From Patescibacteria group bacterium (lineage in GTDB: Bacteria > Patescibacteriota > Minisyncoccia > Phycocordibacterales > Phycocordibacteraceae), in the NCBI GenBank assembly GCA_040388985.1, contig JAZKAU010000002.1, positions 311,642 through 375,641 on the forward strand: a stretch of DNA of 64,000 nucleotides, written 5' to 3'. Positions 41,081 to 50,834 of the stretch are shown in pieces. How positions within the stretch are numbered: position 1 is the stretch's first letter; each line of letters begins with the position of its first letter. A program made the translations under genes and the position numbers. The notes beneath the pieces are model-generated. The model had not been told where the DNA came from. It made no database searches and saw only the letters and a program-made list of their open reading frames with translations.

Positions 41081-41276
41081 ATAACTACTTTATCAGAGTG
41101 CAGTACTTTAGTCAAGTAAAGTCATATTAGTGAGATTTCTTTGTTATTCAAAAGTATCTTACTTCTCAAACATCCAACTCTCGGTATTAAATAGAGAACC
41201 GCCACCCAAGAAAGGCAGGCTGGTGACAGTCCTCTATCCTTTCCTAAGATGGCGGTCAATCAGCGAAGACGCTTGT

Positions 41277-41708
41277 CTAGACCTGTTCTTTCGAAGCGCG
41301 CATCGCGTTCCGCAACTGGTGAGCAACCTCGATGATCGTCCTGCCCTTCGGCGGCTTGAGGATAGTGACGCTGTCGTCGCCGTTGCGGCGAACCACGTAT
41401 TTCACCTTTCTGCCGTCGATATGTTCGCGATCGTTCCAGAGGATCCGATTGAGCATGTACTCATCCGGATCGTGTTGCCCCGGACCTTCGAGATGTTTGA
41501 CGTCAATCCAGTCCTGAGTCCGATCGATGACAAGGTAGAGACCATACGGAGCAGGCTCCTCGAGCTCGTTTTCGAGCTCCTTTACCTTGATGACATCTCC
41601 CGGCCGGTAGTGGCTGAAAATTGCCCACAGCCAAGGGAAATCCTCGTACATCCGCTGAGTCGCGTGGCGATCACCAAACAACATATTAGCCTTCGCTTTC
41701 TGAGGCAT
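41277..41708 (-). CDS. Hypothetical protein
   Basis: Start MPQKAK after an AGAGG SD-like sequence (alternative start 41750). Confidence 0.55.
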   Translation of the reverse strand: MPQKAKANMLFGDRHATQRMYEDFPWLWAIFSHYRPGDVIKVKELENELEEPAPYGLYLVIDRTQDWIDVKHLEGPGQHDPDEYMLNRILWNDREHIDGRKVKYVVRRNGDDSVTILKPPKGRTIIEVAHQLRNAMRASKEQV

Positions 41709-41838
41709 TCCGCCTCTTTGAGTCCATTCCGGACGCTGAAACACCGACACAAGAGTCGGTACTTATGGAATACTACTAAAGTTATAATACGTCAAGTTTT
41801 AGCCTTGCTATGGCTCCAACATCCTTCCACGCAAGGAC

Positions 41839-41954
41839 TGTCACTTTTGTCACTTTTTGAAGCGCACGAGACGCGTCGTTTTTGACTCTGAAAATTCACC
41901 AAACGGACTAAGCGGGGCTTAGCCGACTACGGTTCTAACACGAGACGGCCAGCA
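41839..41954 (+). repeat. Element right-end repeat, copy 2
   Basis: Colinear with 40151-40266 with scattered substitutions. Confidence 0.85.
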
Positions 41955-42145
41955 CTCTAGGATTTTGAGAGTATATTTCTTCAATATCTGTTGCGTTTCC
42001 TTATTGGTTTCTAGCTCTAATCTTGCAGAAAGTGTGCGAGCTTCTTCCGCGACATTTTCAATGGGTATGAGGAGGTTATCTAGTGAAATATTCGGTTTTT
42101 ATGGAATGAGTTTATGATTCTAACCTAATATGGAAGTCTCAGATA

Positions 42146-42724
42146 TTAAGTAAACGAAATCTGTTCCTCAAATGGTTTTGTTCCGTCAATTACAATGTCA
42201 GCGTGCGCTTTAGGGTTGTCGCGCCGTATATACGTTTCTTCCTCCTCAAACCAGTCTTCCCACATTGCAGAAAGTTCGTCCTGCGTTTTACCAGTGCCGC
42301 TGTCTCTCGCAAGGCCACGACGTAAACATATCTCTTTTGGAGTATCCACGAATATGCTCAAGCTGATGTAGTCCCTGAACTCCTCACGTGATGAGCTCAC
42401 TCCTTCAAGTACCATTATCGGGGAAACAGGTTGGTCTACCACTGGATCAGGGTAGTGGTTCTCCCACCATTTTGACCGAGGATAGTTGAGCGTTCTCGCT
42501 CCATTCTTGATGGGAGTAAATACTCGCTCTATAACCAATGACCACCAATCCAAAGGGTTATCCCAGCTTGCGAAATCGTCAGTTTGGATTAGCTCGGCAT
42601 CGAGCTTCTCCGCAAGCCATTTCGCTAGAGTAGATTTACCAGAACCGCCGTGTCCATCCACAGCGATAAAGAGCGTTTGTCCCACCTTGGGCTTCTTGGT
42701 AGCTATCAGCTCTCGTAGGTTCAT
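42146..42724 (-). CDS. Uridine-kinase-like P-loop protein
   Basis: IAVDGHGGSGKST, TDDF, VLEGVSS, RGLARD. Confidence 0.85.
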   Translation of the reverse strand: MNLRELIATKKPKVGQTLFIAVDGHGGSGKSTLAKWLAEKLDAELIQTDDFASWDNPLDWWSLVIERVFTPIKNGARTLNYPRSKWWENHYPDPVVDQPVSPIMVLEGVSSSREEFRDYISLSIFVDTPKEICLRRGLARDSGTGKTQDELSAMWEDWFEEEETYIRRDNPKAHADIVIDGTKPFEEQISFT

Positions 42725-42903
42725 AAAACTAGTTTACACCGTTGCAAGCAGTTCAGACGAGAGGATTTCATAGCCAAACTCCGATTTGCCAGCCAAAAGA
42801 ACGGTTCTAACTTCGTCTAATGCCTGCAGCAACGAAATGAGCTCTTAGATAATAGGTTTTACGAGGAGGAGTTTAAGACGTTCGAGCCTGATACACTTTA
42901 GTA

Positions 42904-43629
42904 ATGAAAGATATCGACTTGCAGGTTGATGGCCTGCAACTTAAGGCAGAACTATTTGCACCGAACGTCGCTAAGGGCAAAAGGCCGGGAGTGCTTCTCA
43001 TTCACGGATGGGAAAGCGCACAAGACAGAATGTTCGGTCTTGCGGAAGAACTTACGGAGTTGGGATACGTCTGTCTCACTATTGACCTACGAGGTCACGG
43101 CAAGAGCGAGGGAGACCATAAGGTTTACTCTCGAAAAGAGTTCTTAGCAGATGTTGCCGCGGCGTATGATTTCCTTTCAGCGCAGGAGCAAGTTGACCCG
43201 GGGCGAATAGTTTCGATAGGGTCGAGTTTTGGAGGGTATCTGTCCGCACTCCTATCCGCACAACGAAAGCTTTCAGGTATGGTATTACGGGTACCTGCTG
43301 ACTATCGAGATACAGGATTTGATGCGCCTCAATATTCGCAGAGAAAAGAATCAGACCATTCGGAATGGAAAAGCCGCTTGCATGCTCATGACGAGACTGC
43401 AGCCCTACGGGCAGTACATTCGTTCAAGGGCAGCATTTTAGTAATCGAATCTGAATATGACGAACTAGTCCCAAAAACAACCGTAGAGAGTTATCGAGAT
43501 GCAGTCTCTGACAAGAGTAAGGTTACCTACGTGGTTATGAAGGGCGCTCCCCATAGTATTTCAAAGTACCCCGAGTTTCAAAGGGAGTTCGCCAAGATCG
43601 TCATTTCCTGGCTCGGGGAGGCGAAGTAA
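42904..43629 (+). CDS. Alpha/beta hydrolase
   Basis: IHGW, DLRGHGKS, GSSFGG nucleophile elbow, D and H triad candidates. Confidence 0.9.
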   Translation: MKDIDLQVDGLQLKAELFAPNVAKGKRPGVLLIHGWESAQDRMFGLAEELTELGYVCLTIDLRGHGKSEGDHKVYSRKEFLADVAAAYDFLSAQEQVDPGRIVSIGSSFGGYLSALLSAQRKLSGMVLRVPADYRDTGFDAPQYSQRKESDHSEWKSRLHAHDETAALRAVHSFKGSILVIESEYDELVPKTTVESYRDAVSDKSKVTYVVMKGAPHSISKYPEFQREFAKIVISWLGEAK

Positions 43630-43642
43630 GTTCTAACCTCCT

Positions 43643-44488
43643 TCAGTTCCGGGTATTTGGTACGAAGAAATATTTATTATATTTGATTCTCCACTTCTCA
43701 GCTTCTTTCCTTGAACGGATGAAGGTCATACGTGCCGGATCTTTGCGACTGCCGAGTTTTATCAATTCACGCTTAGCAGCCGGAGTCATCACCGGATTCC
43801 GTTCAAAGAATGAATCCAGATCTTCACTGAATCTCTTGCTAACGGATACGCGGATAATGAAGTCACCGAGTACGTTAAGGTACTCAGTTCTTTTAAGACC
43901 AAGATGTATACCCACGCCGATCTGCCTGAATTTACTATCCCAGCCCTTCTTGAACGCCTTATCGAGCGGAGTTGAACTCGCAAGGGAAAAGAATACAAGC
44001 TTCCTATCTTCTTCGAAGCGGTTGAGAAAGAACGATTCAGATTCAGTTCGGGCATGAATGAACCATTCATGCGGGTGAGAGATAAGGATAGGGACTTTCG
44101 GATCGTGAAGATCGAAGATCATGTCGTATATATGTGCCCAGTAGATGCCAAGGAGATTAGGTGTGCCGAATCGATAACTGATCGTATCTCCCTCGCGGAA
44201 GGAGAGTACGTCATCCTGCCCGACTCCGTAACTGGTCTCGATGTACCTTTTACTGAATCGGTATACGCGCTGGAGCCAGCGGAAATTCAATCTATATATC
44301 TTGTCCTGTTTCGTTACGACCTCCTCCACGAGGAGCTTCCGTAGGGTGCGGTAAAAGCTTTCTTTGGTGATGGAGGGGTCGAAGGCTTGTGCTGCAGCGA
44401 GCAGGGCAGGGCCTGACGCTTCTTGCGTATGAAGGCTGGCAACCAGGACATTCTCCAACTTCTCAGAACCGCTTTGTGCCAATAGCAT
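43643..44488 (-). CDS. Putative transcriptional regulator (N-terminal winged HTH)
   Basis: ITKESFYRTLRKLLVEEVV..KIYRLN; divergent from the CDPS across a palindrome. Confidence 0.6.
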   Translation of the reverse strand: MLLAQSGSEKLENVLVASLHTQEASGPALLAAAQAFDPSITKESFYRTLRKLLVEEVVTKQDKIYRLNFRWLQRVYRFSKRYIETSYGVGQDDVLSFREGDTISYRFGTPNLLGIYWAHIYDMIFDLHDPKVPILISHPHEWFIHARTESESFFLNRFEEDRKLVFFSLASSTPLDKAFKKGWDSKFRQIGVGIHLGLKRTEYLNVLGDFIIRVSVSKRFSEDLDSFFERNPVMTPAAKRELIKLGSRKDPARMTFIRSRKEAEKWRIKYNKYFFVPNTRN

Positions 44489-44503
44489 GCCAGAAGCATA
44501 TCA

Positions 44504-44526
44504 TTAGTGTCATTTTATGACACTAA
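44504..44526. promoter_or_regulatory. Palindromic operator candidate
   Basis: TTAGTGTCAT-TTT-ATGACACTAA between divergent genes. Confidence 0.65.
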
Positions 44527-44585
44527 GCCATGTATTAGGTGGCATTTGCTTCCGCTCGTCAGATAGCGAGGTATCGTTCTGTGCT

Positions 44586-45401
44586 ATGCAGATGCATGAT
44601 GCAACTCTCGATATAGAAGGCATAAAGAGAATCGATCGCTTTAACCAGCAGGTCTGTTCAGAAGGCTGGAGAATGGCCGTTGATCAGAATGCTGATGCTG
44701 TGCCTTCCCGGCTGGGTCTGAAGTATCTGTATGCTGGGAAAGACGTACTTTTAGCGATGTGTCTCAACAACGGATACTACCATCGCGAGAATATCTATAG
44801 GATGCTGCGATTCGCTCTGACTTTTTCGAACCGAATGCAGATATTCACGACCGATGGTCCGGCAAAGCACAACTACGAGGCACTCGGTAAAGTGAAAAGC
44901 AAGATTCCCGCGATAACGCGACTTGCTCGGAACCGGCTCCGCAATCAATGCATGGATGCTCTCGGGCGTATCAATGCTGAGCTCCCTCAAGATGAACAGC
45001 GCAGCATCACATTCATGGAGTGGGAGCATATCTATGCCGACCAGGCGTACGTTGACTCGTATAAGTACCTTAAGGACTTATATTCTATGAGCACTGAATT
45101 CCGTACCGATATAAACGATACTTCTGAGCAGGTGCTCCTGAATCGTATTGGCATTGAGAAGGAGGTCAAGGCAGTGCTCTCGATAGGAATTGAATACGTT
45201 ATAGAGGAACTTGCCTTCATACTTGCGTATAGGTCACTGGGGCCTGCGAGTAAGCCAATACGCGATCATGGTCATGAGGGATTCAGCTATCTCTATTACG
45301 AACCCTGGCCTGTATTCGAGAAGCTCATACGTGGCGAGTACGACGGGATGGCAAAGGAGGGGATAGGGTTTGTCGTGGCTAAGATCGAGGAGATAGGCTG
45401 A
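44586..45401 (+). CDS. tRNA-dependent cyclodipeptide synthase (CDPS)-like protein
   Basis: VLLAMCLNNGYY (cf. HxLxGISxxNxYF), D.PAKHNYEALG, FRTDI, YVIEELA (cf. YxxxExP), YLYY. Confidence 0.8.
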   Translation: MQMHDATLDIEGIKRIDRFNQQVCSEGWRMAVDQNADAVPSRLGLKYLYAGKDVLLAMCLNNGYYHRENIYRMLRFALTFSNRMQIFTTDGPAKHNYEALGKVKSKIPAITRLARNRLRNQCMDALGRINAELPQDEQRSITFMEWEHIYADQAYVDSYKYLKDLYSMSTEFRTDINDTSEQVLLNRIGIEKEVKAVLSIGIEYVIEELAFILAYRSLGPASKPIRDHGHEGFSYLYYEPWPVFEKLIRGEYDGMAKEGIGFVVAKIEEIG

Positions 45402-45479
45402 CTCGAAGATGTACCTACAGAATGTGGTCGTATATCAGCCAAGACGCCTAGTCCGCGTCTTGGCTGATATACTTTCTGT

Positions 45480-45971
45480 ATGAGACCAAGAATTACCTTC
45501 ATTCTTACCGGAGGAACTATCGATAAGGAATATGACGCGCTCGATCAAGCTTTTACTGTTGGGAAGGGTGCTGTTGATCGAGTGCTCGGGTTTGTAAACC
45601 CTAACTTTGAAGCAACTATTATTTCTGTCGTTCAGAAAGTAAGCGTGAATATCCTTCCTGAAGAAAAAGAAGAAATACGCAAGGCATGTGCTGAAGCGGC
45701 AGATGATAAAATTATCGTAACCTACGGTACCGATGCTATGGCAGAGGCAGGCGAGATGCTTGCCGGAATTGAAGGGAAGACGCTTGTGCTTACTGGCGCT
45801 CTAAAGTCTCAACTCATAAAGGATACTGATGCTGAATTCAACTTGGGATTTGCGGTCGCTGCGGTGCAAACAATGCCAGCTGGAGTGTACGTAGCCATGA
45901 ATGGTCGCATTTACCCGTGGAATGAATGCAAGAAAGATAAGGCTACCGGGCAGTTTGTAGAGATTGCATAA
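45480..45971 (+). CDS. Asparaginase N-terminal-domain protein
   Basis: TGGTIDK, YGTDAM, VLTGA, DAEFNLG. Confidence 0.88.
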   Translation: MRPRITFILTGGTIDKEYDALDQAFTVGKGAVDRVLGFVNPNFEATIISVVQKVSVNILPEEKEEIRKACAEAADDKIIVTYGTDAMAEAGEMLAGIEGKTLVLTGALKSQLIKDTDAEFNLGFAVAAVQTMPAGVYVAMNGRIYPWNECKKDKATGQFVEIA

Positions 45972-46002
45972 AGTTTTCAACGTTATACCAAACCTATCTT
46001 TT

Positions 46003-46464
46003 ATGTTTGATGAGAAATGCAGTGAGTGCGGGTCTTCGCTCAGAGGGGTCGCTGCGTGCCGAGAGTATCTGAACGAGATGATCAGATGGGACTTCGAAGA
46101 CTTTACTGGCGTCGGGAAGGTACATCACCTGACGGTGCTCTCTTATAACCTGCAGCACCCCAGTCTGTATTCTTCCAAAGGATTGGAAGACGCGAAAAGC
46201 TCTTTGCCGGAGTTTCTTGCGAATCCTGAGTCCTTCAAGGCTCATGATGAGCGCAATAGAAATAGGCTTTCGTCGGACGTAAGAGACTGGAAGATAACAG
46301 GTACTCCTGACGACCACGGCTCATATGCGACTGCGCCTATCTGGAAGATCGCAGCGGCAGATATCGTGCGGGAAGGTTTGCCTGACTATGTTGAGAACGT
46401 AAAGAAATGGGCACTTTCAGTCCTGCACTCTCTAGAGGAGTCAGACAACCTAGAAATGAAATAA
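46003..46464 (+). CDS. Hypothetical protein (DUF5946-like)
   Basis: CSECG, HHLTVLSYNLQHP, VKKWA. Confidence 0.6.
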   Translation: MFDEKCSECGSSLRGVAACREYLNEMIRWDFEDFTGVGKVHHLTVLSYNLQHPSLYSSKGLEDAKSSLPEFLANPESFKAHDERNRNRLSSDVRDWKITGTPDDHGSYATAPIWKIAAADIVREGLPDYVENVKKWALSVLHSLEESDNLEMK

Positions 46465-46525
46465 ATCGTACCCGAACGGGGTACTATAGGTAAGGACGGT
46501 ATGCGTCCCTCATAATCCTTTATCT

Positions 46526-47785
46526 ATGCCGTCAGCAGAGCCTTTACATACTCAAGAAACCGCGTTTGGGAGACTATTCAATAGGGTTCCGGAAATAACC
46601 GTCTTTTTCTGGATCATCAAGGTTCTCGGTACGACCGTGGGTGAGACCGCGGCGGACTTCCTGAACGTCAATCTTAATCTGGGCCTCACCGTCACCTCTG
46701 TCGTTATGGGTGTTCTCCTCGCAGTCGCTCTTTTCTTTCAGTTCAAGGCGAAGCGATATGTTCCCGGCATCTATTGGTCGGCTGTCGTACTCATAAGCGT
46801 GTTTGGCACGCTCGTCACCGATAACCTTACGGATGCCCTCGGCGTGCCTCTGGAGCTCAGTACGCTCGTCTTCAGCGCTCTTCTCGCGATTACCTTTGCT
46901 CTCTGGTACTGGAAGGAGCGAAGCCTCTCGATGCATTCGATCGTGACGGCAAAGCGAGAAACCTTCTACTGGTTCGCCATCCTCTTTACGTTCGCACTCG
47001 GTACGGCGTCCGGCGACCTTATGGCAGAAGGTCTTGGGCTCGGATACTTCACTACTGGCGTCATCGTTGCGGGAGCGATAGCGGCTATCGCGCTCGCACG
47101 GCGCCTTGGCCTTAATGCCGTACTCTCGTTCTGGCTTATCTACATCCTTACCCGCCCACTCGGAGCATCCATAGGTGATCTGCTTACCCAGTCGCCGGCG
47201 CATGGCGGCTTAGGTCTTGGTGCGACGACAACGAGCGTGATATTCATCGCGGCGATCATCGCGACCGTAGCGTATCTTGCGATCACTAAGAAAGACGTAA
47301 CCGAGCCGGAAGGGACTGAGGAAGAGTCGCTGCCACAGAAGGGACGGAAGGGAAGTAAGGGGGCGATGATGCAAGTCGTCGTCACGCTCCTGATAATCAT
47401 CGCGCTCGCAACTGCCGGTTATTATTTGCGCCAATCCTCCTTGCAGGCTCCTGCAGCCACCTTGTCATCTCCTTCGCAGTCTGAAGGAACGACTACAGCA
47501 ACTGTGGCGCCTTCGCCTCTCGGAAACCTCACGACATTCCGCACTATCACTCAGGACATGCTCGACTCAGTAAATAAAGGCGACCTTACGGGGGCGAAGA
47601 CCCGAGCGGACGATCTGGAATTCGAGTGGGATAACGCCGAAGCGCGACTCAAGCCCATGAATACGGCGAAGTGGCATGAGGTCGATGATGCTATAGACAA
47701 GGTGCTGCGCGAGGTACGTTCCGTGAATCCGAATGTGGCGACCTCGAAATCTGCCCTCGAAGCATTGCTCTCAACGCTTAACTAG
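46526..47785 (+). CDS. COG4705/DUF347 repeat membrane protein with C-terminal helical domain
   Basis: RVPEITVFFWIIK, TTVGETAAD, LGTASGD, TRPLGASIGD. Confidence 0.88.
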   Translation: MPSAEPLHTQETAFGRLFNRVPEITVFFWIIKVLGTTVGETAADFLNVNLNLGLTVTSVVMGVLLAVALFFQFKAKRYVPGIYWSAVVLISVFGTLVTDNLTDALGVPLELSTLVFSALLAITFALWYWKERSLSMHSIVTAKRETFYWFAILFTFALGTASGDLMAEGLGLGYFTTGVIVAGAIAAIALARRLGLNAVLSFWLIYILTRPLGASIGDLLTQSPAHGGLGLGATTTSVIFIAAIIATVAYLAITKKDVTEPEGTEEESLPQKGRKGSKGAMMQVVVTLLIIIALATAGYYLRQSSLQAPAATLSSPSQSEGTTTATVAPSPLGNLTTFRTITQDMLDSVNKGDLTGAKTRADDLEFEWDNAEARLKPMNTAKWHEVDDAIDKVLREVRSVNPNVATSKSALEALLSTLN

Positions 47786-47936
47786 AGGACCGAAGCAGCA
47801 AAGCGCGTCATCAAAGTGGCCCAACCTCATTCAGCTTCAAAGCGGCAGGTCTCTAGAAATGTAGCTGCAGCCTTGTCCTGCAGCAAGATATCTCATGTGA
47901 TACCCTAGATACATACTTAGAGTAATACGAGCACCT

Positions 47937-48413
47937 ATGATACCTAAAAACACTATCTGCCTCTGGTTCGAAAAGGATGCGCTGGATGCAGCAAACTTCT
48001 ATGCAGCTACGTTCCCTGACACCAGCGTCGGCACTATCGTTCACGCACCCGGTGACTTTCCGAGTGGTAAGAAAGGCGACGTGCTGACAGTGGAATTTAC
48101 TGTCTGCGGGATTCCTTGTCTCGGCCTGAATGGCGGCACGTATTTCACGCAAAGCGAAGCGTTCTCCTTCCAGATCGCAACCGATGATCAGGAGGAAACG
48201 GATCGCTATTGGAACGCGATCGTCGGCAACGGCGGCAAGGAAAGCGAGTGTGGGTGGTGTAAGGATCGCTGGGGAGTATCGTGGCAGATCACCCCGCGTA
48301 CGCTGACCGAGGCTATGACTGCGGGCGGTGCAGAAGCCGAACGTGCCTTCAAGGCCATGATGACCATGAAGAAGATCGACGTCGCTGCTATCGACGCAGC
48401 ACGGAAAGGTTAA
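47937..48413 (+). CDS. VOC/PhnB-like (3-demethylubiquinone-9 3-methyltransferase family) protein
   Basis: CLWF, GLNGG, DQEETDRYW, CGWCKDRWGVSWQI, MTMKKID. Confidence 0.9.
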   Translation: MIPKNTICLWFEKDALDAANFYAATFPDTSVGTIVHAPGDFPSGKKGDVLTVEFTVCGIPCLGLNGGTYFTQSEAFSFQIATDDQEETDRYWNAIVGNGGKESECGWCKDRWGVSWQITPRTLTEAMTAGGAEAERAFKAMMTMKKIDVAAIDAARKG

Positions 48414-48461
48414 GGGAAAGTCGAGGCGCTATAAGCAGACACACCTCGTTATATTCTTCTT

Positions 48462-49079
48462 ATGAGAAAGATTATTACTACGACATTCGTTACTCTTGAC
48501 GGAGTCATGCAGGCTCCAGGAGGACCGCAGGAGGATACCGCAGGCGGATTCGCCTATGGAGGCTGGCAACTATCCCGCCCTTCCGACGAGATGCTCGACT
48601 CCATGCTGAACGAGATCATGCATGCTCCGTTCGAGCTTCTGCTTGGCAAGATCACGTACGATATCTTTGCCGGTTACTGGCCCAGTGCAAAGACTGACCA
48701 GGAGGTGGCAGAGCCGTTCAATCGGACGAAGAAATATGTCGTGTCGCACGAAGCCTTCGAGCCTGAGTGGAATAACTCGACATGTATCACGGGCGATGTC
48801 GTCTCGCAGCTTACAAAACTTAAGGAAGAAGACGGTCCGGACCTATGGGTCTGGGGCAGCGGGAATCTTATCCAGACCTTACTCAAAGCGAATCTGATCG
48901 ATCGGATGCAGCTATGGATATATCCGATCACGCTCGGGACCGGGAAGCGACTCTTCGCGGATGGAACGCAGGCCGAGAATTTCAGGCTCGTCGAGTCTAA
49001 GACATCAACAACGGGCGTTATCGTTGCGACCTACGAATCCGCAGGAGCGCTTACGTCGAATCTATCTTCAGGAAAATAG
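48462..49079 (+). CDS. Dihydrofolate reductase/RibD C-terminal family protein
   Basis: TLDGVMQAPGG, LLGKITY, GSGNL, LGTGKRLF. Confidence 0.9.
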   Translation: MRKIITTTFVTLDGVMQAPGGPQEDTAGGFAYGGWQLSRPSDEMLDSMLNEIMHAPFELLLGKITYDIFAGYWPSAKTDQEVAEPFNRTKKYVVSHEAFEPEWNNSTCITGDVVSQLTKLKEEDGPDLWVWGSGNLIQTLLKANLIDRMQLWIYPITLGTGKRLFADGTQAENFRLVESKTSTTGVIVATYESAGALTSNLSSGK

Positions 49080-49152
49080 GCGGCTTCTTCGCCTCCAGAA
49101 AATATTTATACCGCAAAGAAGAGAGGCCTGTACGTGTCCCCAACTTCGATTC

Positions 49153-49192
49153 ACAAGAGGTCACCGTGTCATCTGAGACGGTGACCTCTTGT
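49153..49192. terminator. Long hairpin (15-bp arms)
   Basis: ACAAGAGGTCACCGT...ACGGTGACCTCTTGT. Confidence 0.6.
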
Positions 49193-49287
49193 ATCTCCAT
49201 ACTCAGACTTTCAGGACTATAGGGGAGGCAAATAACGATGAAATACTGGCTGAAATTCCTTTCCTCGTCTCGTATATACTTATGGAT

Positions 49288-49812
49288 ATGAAATCCATCA
49301 GAATAATCCTGCTCGTTCTGATACTCATCGGGCTCGGCTTACTAGCTGCTCAAAGCATCTGGGTACCACCACTCGTAAACTGGATACTAGCAGAAGAGAA
49401 TACGACCTATGTCGTAGAACCGGCTCCGATGAATATCGTTCCGCCTCCTGCTACGACGATGAGACCGACACCGTCCAAGCCGCCCGCGCCTGGAGTACAA
49501 GAAACAGGGACTCTGCTGGGTACGGTGAGTCTCTCGCCTACGTGTCCGGTAGAACGCATACCCCCAGACCCGCAGTGCGCGCCGAAGCCTTACGTGACGT
49601 CCGTAACCGTGCTGCGCACCGGCGGCACGAGCATAGTCGCTCAACAGAAGACTGAGGATGACGGAAGTTTCAGATTCAGCCTCGCACCAGGACTGTATAC
49701 CGTCAAAGCTGCAGGAGCTGCCGTATATCCTCGCTGCTCGTCGGCGAGTACGCAAGTAACGAAGGACACCATCACCAGCATTGCTATAAGTTGTGATACA
49801 GGTATCCGTTAG
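49288..49812 (+). CDS. Membrane-anchored protein with carboxypeptidase-regulatory-like beta domain
   Basis: TM segment, Pro-rich linker, PTCPVE..C, DGSFRFSLAPGLYTV, CDTGIR. Confidence 0.7.
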   Translation: MKSIRIILLVLILIGLGLLAAQSIWVPPLVNWILAEENTTYVVEPAPMNIVPPPATTMRPTPSKPPAPGVQETGTLLGTVSLSPTCPVERIPPDPQCAPKPYVTSVTVLRTGGTSIVAQQKTEDDGSFRFSLAPGLYTVKAAGAAVYPRCSSASTQVTKDTITSIAISCDTGIR

Positions 49813-49827
49813 CAAGGCTCTTCCTAT

Positions 49828-50349
49828 ATGTCCGCACGCCGCAGTATAGTTCTCGTACACGATAGGATGCAGGACGGCTACCAGTATGAATTGACCGAGC
49901 CTATGGGAAAGAACTTCAATCCGCGCTTTCAGCCGGAAGTGTCGCCTAAGGAGATGCTCGAGCTCGGAGTCTTCGGCGGCGTGTATATGCGCGATTGCGG
50001 AAAGGAATTCCCGAAGGACTGGTTTACACATGCGAAATTCCAGATACCGGAAACATATAAGCGCGACCCGAAACTCAACTACTTCGGAGTGAATGCCAGT
50101 CAGCCGCTTTCCGTCTGGCGAGCCAAGGGCTGGATCTATAAGGACGATCCGCGCGGATGGTTCCAGTGGTACTGCCGCTACTATAGCGGCAGGCGCGGGC
50201 CCGACGACGACCGGCAGATCAGACGGTGGATAGCCATGCGCCGGCATCTCGCTCAAATACGCATGCATTGCCGCCGCGGCGACTCAACCTGCCATCCCCG
50301 ACAGCGTCAGGCGGTGCTGCACTGGGCATATGATAGCCGCAAGCTCTAG
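49828..50349 (+). CDS. Conserved hypothetical protein
   Basis: P.EMLELGVFGG.Y, NYFGVNAS, DPRGWFQWYCRYY.GRR, RQAVLHWAYD. Confidence 0.75.
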   Translation: MSARRSIVLVHDRMQDGYQYELTEPMGKNFNPRFQPEVSPKEMLELGVFGGVYMRDCGKEFPKDWFTHAKFQIPETYKRDPKLNYFGVNASQPLSVWRAKGWIYKDDPRGWFQWYCRYYSGRRGPDDDRQIRRWIAMRRHLAQIRMHCRRGDSTCHPRQRQAVLHWAYDSRKL

Positions 50350-50398
50350 ATAGGTATCCTTTCTGGGTAGCGCGCGGAGACTGATATACTTTCTCAAC

Positions 50399-50800
50399 AT
50401 GGAAAGAACCCTACCGGACCTGAAGAAAGTTCTCGCAACAAACAAGAAGGCGCAGGCGACGTGGGAGGACCTGACTCCCATCGCGCGCAGGGACTTCATC
50501 AGCTGGATAGAATCGGCCAAACAGCCCGAAACACGCAAGCGACGAGTCGAGAGCCTCCCCTCTAGGCTCGCCTCAGGAAAGCGCCGCCCCTGCTGCTACG
50601 CCATAGTCCCGACGAATCTCTACAAGGCTCTCGACTTTCTTCCCAAAGCAAAGAAGCTCTGGAAGGACCTCACGCCAGATGAGAAAAGAGATTTCACCGA
50701 CTGGATTAATACTGCAAAGGACTCAGAGGCCCGTACCAAAAGAATCGAGAAGGCTTGCGCGCTGCTTTTAGCCGGAAAGAGGAGGCCTCAAGATAAATAG
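50399..50800 (+). CDS. Tandem YdeI/OmpD-associated domain protein
   Basis: Two repeats of W.DLTP..RRDF..WI..AK..E.R.RR. Confidence 0.8.
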   Translation: MERTLPDLKKVLATNKKAQATWEDLTPIARRDFISWIESAKQPETRKRRVESLPSRLASGKRRPCCYAIVPTNLYKALDFLPKAKKLWKDLTPDEKRDFTDWINTAKDSEARTKRIEKACALLLAGKRRPQDK

Positions 50801-50834
50801 ATTGGCCAACTCTCCGACTTGCTATACTTAATCC

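Noticed and set aside
41130-41885. 251-aa plus-strand ORF
   Set aside because: Antisense to a better-supported minus-strand ORF and runs into the end repeat
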